From Octopus vulgaris (lineage: Eukaryota), in NCBI GenBank assembly GCA_951406725.2, contig OX597834.1, positions 41,044,001 to 41,108,000 of the forward strand: a DNA stretch of 64,000 bases, read 5' to 3'. The position numbers were made by a program, and so were the translations under genes. This document shows, one piece after another, positions 28,341 through 39,745 of the stretch. Within the stretch, counting starts at the first letter, position 1, and every line of letters begins with the position of its first letter. The notes under the pieces are model-generated. The model had not been told where the DNA came from. It searched no databases and saw only the letters and a list, made by a program, of their open reading frames with translations.

Positions 28341-28924
28341 ATATATGTATATCTGACTTTGATCTTATTGAAATTATTGCTATTGATTTTTTTTTCCCTT
28401 TATTTATTTATTATTATTTTTTTTTTTTTGGTCTTTTGTAGGTTTAGTGATCTGTCATCCTGCAACTAAATGAATAAACCACCGGTGCCATACCTGGAGT
28501 CTACATTCCATATACACCAACGCTATGAAGACACGGCGTTGCTAATTTTCCAGCAAATCCAGAAGAAAAAGAGGTCGAATTATTCCCAGTTTTCAAACAA
28601 ACCATTCCCGTCAACATCCAACTTCATCCAGGTGGATCACTATGGCAACAGTGGTGTGGTGGCAAAAAAGGATGTGTCACAACCGATCGAAACTTTGTTA
28701 CCAGACAAGATAAAATAGCTTCGAAGACATGCACGATACTCTAAAGCTCACGACAGCCAGAGAGCACCTGCTACATCGTCAAGCTTTACTTTAAGGTATC
28801 GAGCAAGAATAAGATGGGTGGGGGAAATACGATAGGGACAGAATTGAGAATGACAAGTTGATTAATGACTTTTGGATGGGTTACATAGATATACTACATT
28901 TATATATATGCTGCTTTTTGAGGC

Positions 28925-29756
28925 ATGGAGATCCTGCCTTATTTCAATACTAATAGTGAGCCTGTTGCTTTTGTGTGGTACTTGCTTGAGACTAGTGGGG
29001 ATGCACCAAAATGTAGGGTAGGGCATAGTGCTTGTGTGGTGAAACCAAGCAACTCAGAGGCACCTAATAACAATGGACAGCTTTATCTAATCGGTGGTGC
29101 CAATCCAGATAACACATTCTCTGATAATCCAATTCTAGACTTGAACTCTTGGCAATGGGGTTACAAAGAGTTCACCGGATTCGTGCCCCGCTATGAACAG
29201 TCGCTGTTTTCAATCCGGAATAATTCCAGCTCTCTCTATATCTTTGGTGGAGCAAACCAAACTGACACTCTCAATGACATCCAATACTTGGATACCGATG
29301 CCAGCAAATGGCTGACGCTAACTCCCAAAGGGGACATACCAGTTCCCAGGACCCACCACTCTACCACCTCTGTTGATGACCAGTTTGTTGTCTTTGGTGG
29401 TGGAGCACAAGGCACGAGCCCAGTGCTGGACGCTAAGGTGCACTCCTTCAGTGTGCCCACATCCACCTGGTCCACGCTGGATATCAAGGGACCAGTGCCA
29501 AAACCTCGTCTTGGACATATCTCAGTTAGTATCGACAAGAAAGTCTACATCCATGGAGGACTGTGCGAGGACAAGTTCTTTGATGACTTCCACGTTTTGG
29601 ATCTGGAGACAGAGTCATGGCAACAGCTGGAGGTATCCGGTCAACATCCTTCTGCTCGTGCTGCTCACGGTGCTGTTGCCAATGGTGATAATATCTACAT
29701 CTTTGGAGGGATGTCTGTAGATGGCGCACTCAATGATTTTTACCAAGTGGACACAG
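28925..29756 (+). CDS. RABEPK: Rab9 effector protein with kelch motifs, coding exon 1
   Basis: Kelch repeats (RVGHS..LYLIGGANPDNTFSD; PRYEQS..IFGGANQ; PRTHH..VFGGG; PRLGH..IHGGL; ARAAH..IFGGM) are colinear with RABEPK/p40. Acceptor tttttgag|gcATG; phase-1 donor ACAG|gtgagt at 29757. Confidence 0.93.
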
Positions 29757-29764
29757 GTGAGTGA

Positions 29765-30050
29765 TTGCCCATCACAATCACCATAACATCATCACACCAC
29801 CACCACTACCACAACCACTGCTCACATCATCACACCACTACTACTACCACCACAACTACTGCTCACATCATCACACCACTACTACTACTACTACCACCAC
29901 CACAACCACTGCTCACATCATCACACCACCACCATACCACCACTACTACTACCACTACTGCTACAACTACTACTACCACCACCACCACCACCACTACTGC
30001 TCACATCATCACACCACTACTACTACCACCCTCTACAACACCTATACCAC
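29765..30050. repeat. (CAC/TAC)n low-complexity repeat filling RABEPK intron
   Basis: Directly visible; gives rise to poly-T/H ORFs. Confidence 0.9.
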
Positions 30051-30082
30051 CTTCCAATTTATTTTTTTTTTTATTTCTATAG

Positions 30083-30271
30083 CTTCACTGATTTCTACCC
30101 GAATTGCCGTTGATGCACCAGCACCAAGACCACGTCTAGACTTTGCCATGACCATCACCGAAATAACTTTAGATCAGCCACAATCACAAAGAAGTGGTTC
30201 AGATGTTGAGAACTTGGAACCCTCGGAAGACCACGAGGAATCCACCCAGGAAGAGCTTCAGGCTTCCAATG
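30083..30271 (+). CDS. RABEPK: RABEPK coding exon 2
   Basis: Acceptor ttatttctatag; reads in phase (A)SLISTRIAVDAPAPRPRLDFAMTI..., matching the RABEPK PPGRLDHSMC motif, then an acidic linker. The probable phase-1 donor is aatg|gtattg. Confidence 0.85.
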
Positions 30272-30784
30272 GTATTGTCCCTCCACTTCCTGTTTTACCC
30301 TTTCTGTTATTTGTCCGTGTTGTTGCTGCTTTGTTTGTTTGTTTGTTTGTTGAGCGAACGGTCTTCGAGAAGTCCGAAACGTGGTCCTTAGCTATTCATA
30401 AGACCCGCAGAAGAGAAAGCAGGTCAACCCCCGACACCGAGAGCATCGACGGATGGATGAATGTGCATCCAGGCTCAGTGGTTGCGTAGGAAGTCGGGAA
30501 CAAGAAGGTGCACTCCTTCCACCTTTTACGTGCCACTGGCACGGAAGCCAATTAGCCGCTCTGTCAACGATGACACTCGCATGGCGCTCTTTGCACCCCG
30601 CTAGCACAGATACCAGTCATCGAATTTGATTTTGATATATATATATGTATGTATGTGTGTGTGTGTGTGTGTTCTTATGAATTTGTTGGCTTACTTTACT
30701 ATATTGATTTGGTGTTAGCATTTGACAATTCCAGCCAATCTTAAATGCTGACTACTTTATAAAGTGTACCTTTGTAAAGTGTAC

Positions 30785-31040
30785 CTTGTGAAAGGTAAGA
30801 GAGTCCAGTTTGCTGGGCATTGTTGTAGAGCTGAAAAAGAAGTAATTTCTACTCTTCTCCTCTGGAAGCCATCTACTCGCAATACCAGAGGGCACACACT
30901 CTCCTACCCTGATGTAATCTTCAGGGATACAGGCATCCAGCAACAAGACCTCTGTAATGCCATGATGGACCGTGAAGTCTGGCGTAGCATGGTAAATTCC
31001 ATTGTCTTGACCACGGTCGAACAATGATGATTATGATGAT
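30785..31040 (+). mobile_element. LINE (RTE-like) 3' end
   Basis: RVQFAGHCCRAEKE...LLWKP...AMMDREVWR resembles a LINE ORF2 C-terminus; followed by a (tga)n tail. Confidence 0.6.
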
Positions 31041-31472
31041 AAAGTGTACTTAGTGCATTTTATCATGGCATTGTTGCTTGTACTCTGTAGGACTAAAGAA
31101 TCCTCACTACTCTATGATGTGTTAACTTGCTTGAGGCAATATGACTGCTGGGAAGGTGAATAGAGGAAGGGTGATGACAGAAGAATGAGGATGCATGGAT
31201 GATAGCAACATGTCTATGGTGGTTGAAATATTATTATCATCATCATCATCATCATTTAATGTCTAGTTTCCATGCTTGCTTGCGTTGAACAATAAATATA
31301 AAACAAAATGGAACATTAAGAGAAAAGCTTCTCACTGTGACTGACCTATGGAATAAATAACAACAACAACAACCATAATTCAGTTAAGATGTTGTATTGA
31401 AAGGGTTAACCCTTTCAATACTATATTTATTTTGAAATGCATTGCTTTAATTTCAATTAGTTTATAAAATAA

Positions 31473-31851
31473 CTAGCAGTATAGTCCGGCTTTGCTCGGG
31501 TTTGTTTCGACCCTTTAGAATTGGAATTTGTGAAAAGTAAAAATTTTGCATTATGTAGCTTGTTATTCTCTTTAAGTGAACATTTTTCTGGTTGAAATGG
31601 CGACAGAGCAGTCAAAAAATCGTAAAAAATAGGGATTTTCATAGAAAAAAGCACCTTTTTGATGTAAATAATTTTTGGTCTTAACATGGTCTGATTTGAA
31701 TTTTTTCTTCTACGGAAGGAAGAGCAAGCCTTCTTCTATCATACTCTCAATTTTGGTCAACTTGCGCCGCAGGGTCTCGGAGTAGATAGTGTTAGTTGAA
31801 GGCTACCAAAACTGCCATACACAGACAACTTCAGCTTTATATAGAGAGAGA
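31473..31851 (-). mobile_element. Non-autonomous Helitron nested in a piggyBac-like MITE
   Basis: Reverse copy of 20114-20501; its flanks resemble the two halves of the MITE at 50904-51124. Confidence 0.8.
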
Positions 31852-32279
31852 TTAAGAATCTAGGAAAATCATTTTGTTGTTATAAAGTTGGAGTTTGGAA
31901 CATGAATTAACATGAAATTTTGATAGAGGATTTTAATTTAGATTATTTTAAAACACTCTGTTCCATGGGACCAGGGGTGGTCGTAGGCAGTTTGATATCA
32001 ATAAGGTTAGCTCAGATTGAAAAAGCTATTGATCAAAAACATTCCAGTCATGACCATCTGGTTGTTTTTCCCTTTTGTTTTTTTATTCTTTCAGACATAA
32101 TGTATCTAAGTCTACATTTACCCATGATCTTCCTTTATTTTTAAATGGTAGGGTGTGGTTTGAGAGTGATTTGGCTACAATTTCTAGCTTTGTTGAGGTC
32201 TCTTCATTAACAGTAAGGCTTGTTGCGTTGTTGTATGTGGAAATAGCGAAGCAGTTCGCAGAAATAATGAGGGTGGAAG

Positions 32280-32495
32280 TAGCAGTAACAGTAACAGTAG
32301 TAGTAGTAGTAGTAATAGTAGTAGTAGTAGTAGTAGTAACAGTAGTAGTAGTAGTAGTAACAGTAGTAGTAGTAGTAGTAACAGTAGTAGTAGTAGTAGT
32401 AGTAACAGTAGTAGTAGTAACAGTAGTAGTAGTAGTAGTAACAGTAGTAGTAGTAGTAGTAGTAATAGTAGTAGTAGTAGTAGTAGTAATAGTAG
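32280..32495. repeat. (GTA)n trinucleotide repeat
   Basis: Directly visible; gives rise to poly-V/poly-T ORFs. Confidence 0.95.
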
Positions 32496-33017
32496 TTCCC
32501 AGCGCCATACTTATTCTTTCAAGTACTTCCTACACAATACCATTTCTGAATGAATGCTTTCTCTCTCACCATCTCTCTCGCGTGTGTTTGTCAAAATTCA
32601 AAAGACAATTCCAAGTGGTTTGCCATTCTACAATTAAGAAGCTTTCATCTCCCTCTTATAAAAATGTTTACACTTGACATTTAAAACTAATATGAAACGA
32701 AAGCATACATGCTCCTAACCGCTTCTCTCCTTCATCTTCTTCCACTTTCTCTTGCGTTCTTTGTTTCATAATCTGTTCTTTCCAGAACTGCCAGCTTCTG
32801 AAACCCTCCCTCTTTCTTTCTCTAATTTCTGGCAGTAATTAACCTACTGATAATATCCACATCACCAGTCTTGCAGGGCCAGCGACATTATCATGTTGTT
32901 TCCTTCCACCTTATTTCACTTACTAAAAATAAAAAGGTGAAGGTTCAGTGGTTTACATCTCTCTGCACTTGCACTTAACATGCTCTGATAGCTTAACATG
33001 CTCTGATAGCCCAGTTC

Positions 33018-33335
33018 TCATCATCATCATCATCGTTTAACGTCCGTTTTCCATGCTAGCATGGGTTGGACGGTTCGACCAGGGTCTGGGAAGCCAGATG
33101 GCTTGCACCAGGCTCCAGTCTGATCTGGCAGTGTTTCTACAGCTGGATGCCCTTCCTACTGCCAACCACTAGTGGGTGCTTTTTACGTGCCACCAGCACG
33201 GAAACCAGTCAAGGCAGAACTGGCATCAGCCATATTCGGATGGTGCTTTTTACGTCATTGCCTCTGTGAGGCCCAACGTTCGAAGGTCATGCTTCACCAC
33301 CTCATCCCATGTCTTGCTGGGTCTCCCTCTACTCC
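33018..33335 (-). mobile_element. (ATG)n-tailed SINE / RTE-tail copy
   Basis: Family core. Confidence 0.75.
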
Positions 33336-34279
33336 ATATATATATATATATATACACACACACTTATGACAGGCATCTGCCAAATCCACTCACAAGGTTT
33401 TGTTCAGCAAAGATGCCACACAGTGGGACTGAACCTGAGACTACATGGTTGGGAAACAAGCTTCTTAACCACACAGCTACAACTGTGCCTCTAGTCACAC
33501 AAATCACATTGATCTTTTGTAGCATGTTTGTAGGCTTATAAGTTTGTGATTAGTAAGTAATTTGTTTTTATTGTGGTGTTTTGTGTATATTATTAGTGTC
33601 AGTTTGTTGTTTAGTACAATACATTTTGTGTTCCATTTCATGAGATTTTCAATAATGGGTTTTATGAAGGTTTTAATTTCAATAGGTGTGGTGCCTGACA
33701 TGTTAATTGGATTGTATGTGTGTCTATTCTGTGACAAGGTGTACAGATTGCATGTGGTGTTCTGTAGTTTTCTTTATGTAGTGCTTTGTTTGTGAAGGAA
33801 AGTCTAGTCTAAATGCTTTTCTGAGTAGGGATTTCATTACTGACATTTTGTGTCCGGGCAGACTTTCCTGGTTTTCCTGTAAGTACAGGGAATGGTGACA
33901 AGAGTGAGATGCACATGGCAGAAGAAACAGTAACTGAATGGTATGATGATATGAGAGAGTGTGTCTTACTGAAACTGCAAAAAAAATATGTGTACACAAA
34001 ATTAAAAATATAAAATGGTGACAATTCCATTGCATCCTGTATATATGTGTATATTTATATATTTATAGATGTGTGTGTGTGTGTGTATATACATATATAT
34101 ATATATATATTAATAGTTATCGCCATACTAATATGGCAGTCTATAAATATAAGACTAAAGCTGTCGCTGATTAGCTCCAAGAGGCCATCGCCTCTAGCTA
34201 GCTATATGACACACGAACCTGCGTCCATTACAACCTTCGAACAGGGGAGGTCAGCCGCTTCACCTTGCTGCTCAGACAT

Positions 34280-34320
34280 CTGCAGACATGTTTCAGGGTT
34301 GTTGCCCTTTATCAATGCAG
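34280..34320 (-). ncRNA. Minimal type-I hammerhead ribozyme, U3-A8 covariant core
   Basis: Minus strand: ctgca-TTGATAA-aggg/caacaa/ccct-GAA-ACATGT-C-tgcag. Perfect 5-bp helix I, 4-bp helix II, palindromic helix III and GUC triplet. Confidence 0.75.
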
Positions 34321-34410
34321 CATAGTCAGAACCAGCAGGTGTCGCTACTGACCGTCTGTTCGAAGATTTTATTTACCTAGTTACAGTGGAATACATCCAC
34401 TTGTTTTCAA

Positions 34411-34564
34411 TAATAGAAGTATCAAAATTACAAAGTCTCTCTAAAGGAGATTAGGGCAGCGTTACTGGATATTAATAGTTATTAATATATTAATAACTAT
34501 TAATATCCAGTAACGCTGCCCTAATCTCCTTTAGAGAGACTTTGTAATTTTAATATTTCTATTA
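34411..34564. repeat. Perfect spacerless palindrome
   Basis: 64-bp perfect arms 34424-34487 and 34488-34551, extended by 13 bp with 2 mismatches. Confidence 0.95.
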
Positions 34565-34707
34565 TATATATATATATATATATATGGATCAAAACAGTTT
34601 GGATCAAACTATTTTGACCCAGTATATGTTGAGAATTTGTGCACTTCTAAGATATTTTAGCTGACTGCTGCAATGAATTCTTAAGCGCATGTATAACATC
34701 CACGGGT

Positions 34708-34807
34708 ACATCTCTGATGAAATTATACTCATGCCACATAAATGTAAATTTAATGTACAAATTTGTAATTAAATCATCGAGTATTAATTGAAACAGCTGT
34801 AAGAAGT
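34708..34807 (+). ncRNA. Type-I hammerhead ribozyme motif, canonical core, long helix II loop
   Basis: acatct-CTGATGA-aattatactc...gagtattaatt-GAA-ACAGCTGT(palindrome)-A-agaagt; GUA triplet. Confidence 0.7.
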
Positions 34808-35035
34808 GACAACAACCAGTTCGTTAACAATGAACAATTATTAACTTCCTCATCTTCATTTTCTTGTCTTCTTTTAAATGGATATAATCTGTATGCTTTA
34901 TATATACCTATTGTCTTAAGGGAATTTTATTCCCCCAAAATACTAAGTATTGAACTAGTATTTCCTTGGATACAACCATCCCTTCACGAGGTTAACACAT
35001 CCTCTAATTAAATTTACATATGTGTGTGTAGTGTA

Positions 35036-35075
<40 letters not shown>

Positions 35076-35079
35076 CACA

Positions 35080-35197
35080 CTTTATTTAAAAGCAGCAGAA
35101 ATATAAAAAAAGCTGTTACTCAGAGTTTCATGTTCCTGTTCATCGGGAAACTCTGAGTAACAGCATTTTGGTATATTTCTGCTGCTTTTAAATAAAG
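35080..35197. repeat. Inverted repeat (about 50-bp arms) overlapping a hammerhead-like motif
   Basis: Arms about 35080-35129 and 35147-35197. Minus strand 35112-35146 reads CCGATGA-acaggaacat-GAA-ACTCTGAGT-A-acagc; same family as 12470-12620. Confidence 0.8.
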
Positions 35198-35267
35198 CAT
35201 ATTACTCTACATCTGGTATTCGAATACTATTTTTTCCACCTTGTTTCACATTTATGTGCTTACTCCA

Positions 35268-35317
<50 letters not shown>

Positions 35318-35426
35318 TCATCATCATTTAGCGTCCGTTCTCCATGCTAGCATATATATATGTATATATGTATATATATATGTATATATATGTATATATA
35401 TATATACACACACACAGATATATCTA

Positions 35427-35460
<34 letters not shown>

Positions 35461-35604
35461 TATGCTCAACATAGTGTATGTTGAGAATTTGTGGTGCCAA
35501 TGCACTTCTATATCTTAGAATATCTCCTGCTTATTTGACTCCGTAATGATTGACATTCATAAAATGCCTCCCCTCTGAGTTTTCTCTTCTGTCTTTTATT
35601 GTAG

Positions 35605-35729
35605 GGTGTGAAAGTGTAGAAAACGTGGAGTGCAGTTCGAGGGAGACATACACAGTTTGTCTCATCCATGGCGGAATGGATACAGAAGGTGGAATCTTTA
35701 ACGACACCCTTGTCATCTTTCTTTCTTGA
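35605..35729 (+). CDS. RABEPK: RABEPK terminal coding exon
   Basis: Acceptor cttttattgtag; reads in phase (G)CESVENVECSSRETYTVCLIHGGMDTEGGIFNDTLVIFLS*, matching the RABEPK C-terminus CLVFGGMNTEGEIYDD. Not in the ORF track. Confidence 0.9.
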
Positions 35730-37273
35730 ACTCTTGAACAGTTTTTTTTTCTTTTTTAGTATTTTATTCTCATGCCTCAATTGATCAAAATTTCTCTTTT
35801 AAAAATTCAACTTTTATTCTTCTTGACTTCTCTTTTCAAACTCTTATCTTCACTAGTGCAATCTCTTATGTTACACTAATACAGCCCTCTAAATCCTATT
35901 AATAGAGTTTTTTAACTCTCTTCCTATATATTTCCAATCTTTAACAAAACAGTATCCTAAATTTCCACAAATGCAACCATTCAACCTCACCAATATAGAT
36001 CCTACAGTGCCAGTGCAGTCCCCTAAAATCCCACCAATACAGACCCCTAAATTCCACAAATACATTTATTTTAAATCAATTTTTTTATGTTCCCTTATTG
36101 TTTCCTTAACATCTCCTTATTTACTAAGTATTAGCCTTAGTACATCAATATTGACCCCTTCATCTTTAAACCTCCCTATTAACCCAAACTTTGCCCGAAG
36201 ACTTACCTGTGAGCTTTGTCCTTATAGATTTTCCTTTCTTTCTGCAACTCTGCTAATCTACTCATGTGGATCAACAAATCCACATCCATTCATATCTTAA
36301 ATCACAACAGTTGCTCAATAAATACAAATCTGTTAATCTAATTACCCCAAACAGTTGCTCAATCAACCAACATCTTTTGATCTAATATTCTACTTCTGTT
36401 GATTAACAAATTCACATCTGTTGATCTATTATTAATATACAATAATTTCCCAACAAATCTACGACTGTTAATTTATTAATCGACTGTTTAATTTCTCGTT
36501 ATTTCAGCCTGCTTTTAGTTCCCTTCTCACCAAATTCTCATACATCTTAGCTTTCACCAAAAGATTAATTAAATTAAATGGGGATAATCCTGTCTCACAG
36601 CCACCACACCACACCACAACTACCATCACACAATACTCATCATTCACCCACTCACTTGCTCCCCTCCTATTCAACTGACCATTATAATTCCTGTTAATCT
36701 AACATCACAAACATATCCTCTCTCATTTAATCTTGCCTCCCACCTATCTCATACAATTATAACATATCTGGTTTTTTTTTTACATATCTATTTAATTATG
36801 CATTCAAGCACTTTTAGTAATAATAACATCATGTACTGTAATAATATGTTCAAAACAAACTCCACACGGTCAACACCCGGTACTATGAACATCCCTAACA
36901 TCTTCAGCAGCAAATCAAACCACTCATATTTTACACATTTGTCACCCAATAAAACAACACAACCTGCACAGCACATACTTTGCATAATCACCGCTCGACA
37001 CTAAAACACAGAATCTCTCACAACATATACAAAACACGGCTGTTTATGTAACAAAATATCAGAACCCACTTTGTACATATTTATTCTGCACAACAAATAG
37101 ACATAACAAGAAAGCAACACTTGAAACAGCAAACAATCCCCACAACAAAAGATAAAATGCACTGTAACAAACACAGTTCCTTACTTCAAAAGGACAAAGC
37201 TGCACATGCATATGAAAGGAAGAGATGCACCTAGCAATGCAGTAGAATCTCGCATGAAACTGTTGGAAAGTAC

Positions 37274-37306
<33 letters not shown>

Positions 37307-37404
37307 GGATTCTAACATAGGCACAAAGCTGTAAAGGTTTTGTTGTGGAAGATGTGGTAATTTGAACTGAGTTTAGTACTTAACTGGTATTTTATTTTAT
37401 TTAA

Positions 37405-37635
37405 GGCGGCAAGCTGGCAGAAGCGTTAGTACACCGGGCGAAATGCTTAGCAGTATTTCATCTACCGGTACGTTCTGAGTTCAAATTCCGCTGGGGTCGA
37501 CTTTGCCTTTCATCCTTTTGGGGTCGATAAATTAAGTACCAGTTACGCACTGGGGTCGATGTAATCGACTTAATCCATTTATCTGTCCTTGTTTGTCCTC
37601 TCTGTGTTTAGCCCCTTGTGGGTAGTAAAGAAATA
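37405..37635 (+). mobile_element. SINE family B
   Basis: Near-identical to 28126 and 39514. Confidence 0.8.
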
Positions 37636-38286
37636 GGTATTTTATTTTATTTAATAGGGTTGACAAATTGGTAAAGTGGTTTGAATGTCAGATAGACTGC
37701 CTTGTGCTGGTTGTTCCACCTCTCTGCATCCTGAGTTCAAATTCCACCATGGTCAGTTTTGTTTTTCATCATTATACTGTTGATAATGAGGCACCATCAA
37801 GAGTTGGGAGTTGGTGGAATTGTTAGAGTGCTAGGCAAGATACCTTGTGGTAGTTGTGTGAGTTTTTTTGCATTCTGACAGTAACACCTTCTACAATGGC
37901 GTATTGACCAAACTGTATAATTGGCTCGTGGTGTAGAGAAAGGGAGACTTGCATGCATGGACAACTGCTGGTCTTTCTACAACAAAGAAACCTTGCCTGG
38001 GCCTGCATCTGGGAGAGAAAGTTCCCCAGTGAAAATTTTATAGTCTCATAAAACATAGGAAGGTTGTGAATGTATTTTATTGAATCTGCAAGAACAAAAG
38101 AAGCAACAACCAAATAACCACAAGGCATTTTCTGACAGTCTACCGATTCTACTTTTACAACAACAATAATAAAACTGTATCTTTTCAAGCTCATCCTGTA
38201 AAAGAAACAGAGTTTATCATCGTTAGAGGTAGGATTATTTGAGCGATGGACGAAATACTTCACAGTACCTAGTTATCTCCCTTGGT

Positions 38287-38533
38287 TATTCTATTGTGTC
38301 TGGGGAGAGTCATTTTCTTTTTTGTGCCTTATTATGTAACACATTCACCGGTAAAATTTCCACGTTTTTCTTATTTTTATTGTCCTAAAATTTTCGTTGC
38401 GTCTTGCAACCTTTTCAATAGTTTTGACAATTTTAGGACAATAAAAATAAGAAAAACGTGGAAATTTTACGGGTGAGTGTGTTACATAGTAAGGCACAAA
38501 AAGAAAATGACTCTCCTCAGACACAACAGAATA
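38287..38533. repeat. Inverted repeat (about 105-bp arms) with a hammerhead-like spacer
   Basis: Arms about 38287-38392 and 38429-38533. Minus strand 38385-38421 reads cta-TTGAAAA-g-gttgc/aagac/gcaac-GAA-AATT-T-tag. Confidence 0.85.
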
Positions 38534-39513
38534 TGGCTAATTCTCGGACTTTGTCAATGATAGAAATTATTATTATATAATATAATATATACATTAAATA
38601 TTTTATTGTTTGGTGGTTGATGAAATAAATGCCAATGTAAGCTGGAGTTGATTTATTTGACTATATTAAAGATTATGACTTTGGAGAATTGGTAGAGTAT
38701 CAGAAAAGACGCCAAGTTATATTTAGTTATAGCTCTTAATAGTTATGTGTTCAAATCCTTTCATCCCTCAGGGGCAGATAAAATAGAGAACCAGTCAAGT
38801 GCTGGGGTGTAAGTATGAACCACCCTTCCTCCCAAGGTTGCTGGCCTTGTGTCTAGAACAGAATTCATTATCGTAATAGTAGTAGTAGTTGTAGTGGTAG
38901 TAGTAGAAGTAGTAATAAGAACCCTCCTATGGGGGTAACTTTACCTTTCATCCTTTTCCCGGTTAGATAAAGTTAAACACAAGACATTATCGTACGCACT
39001 TCCACCTCCACCCTAAATTTTTCTGGTTTTGTGCCAATTGTTATTACTAACGGTAATGAAAAGACGGAAATTTAGAACTGAATGTCTTAGTATTTAATTT
39101 TACTTCTTCTTTACGTCTGGTTTCAAATCCTGACAGAGTTGACTCTGCCTTTCATTCTTGAGAGGTCAACAAGAAATATATTGAGGAAAAAAAAAATTAA
39201 CATAAAAAATAAGAATTTGAGATAATTCAAATTGACTAATGTCTCCTCTCCCTACACATGAATGGCCTTGTGCCAGTCACTTACAGAAAGCAAATTTTTT
39301 GGTAAACCAATCCAGTTTGTGAATTTCCATTTGTAGGAATCTCATTTTAGACACTGAATGGACAGTCACATTGTAATATATTAAAATGTATTGTCAAAGC
39401 TTTAATGGATATACTTGGTTCATATATATTTGTGTGTATGTGTGTGTGTGTGTATATGTGTACACACTAACATATACATATATCTACATGTAGATATATG
39501 TATATATATATAT

Positions 39514-39745
39514 AGGCGGCGAGCTGGCAGAAACGTTAGCACGCCGGGCGAAATGCATAGCTGTATTTCGTCTGTCGTTACGTTCCGAGTTCAAATTCCG
39601 CAGAGGTCAACTTTGCCTTTCATCCTTTCGGGGTCGATAAATTAAGTACCAGTTACGCACTGGGGTCGATGTAATCGACTTAATCCCTTTGTCTGTCCTT
39701 GTTTGTCCCCTCTGTGTTTAACCCCTTGTGGGGAGTAAAGAAATA
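39514..39745 (+). mobile_element. SINE family B (full length)
   Basis: ggcggcgagctggcagaa (A-box)...gagttcaaattcc (B-box)...gtaaagaaata. Confidence 0.85.

Noticed and set aside
29761-30489. 242-aa His/Thr-rich ORF
   Set aside because: Intronic low-complexity repeat read into RABEPK exon 2; only 30083-30271 is supported as coding.
32075-32677. Poly-Val / mucin-like poly-Thr ORFs
   Set aside because: They derive from the (GTA)n microsatellite inside the RABEPK intron.
32787-32838. In-phase alternative RABEPK terminal exon (ELPASETLPLSFSNFWQ*)
   Set aside because: An acceptor-like sequence is present, but there is no homology or other support and it would delete the conserved C-terminal strand.
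37823-38263. 146-aa minus-strand ORF
   Set aside because: No recognisable domain; it is embedded among repeat fragments.
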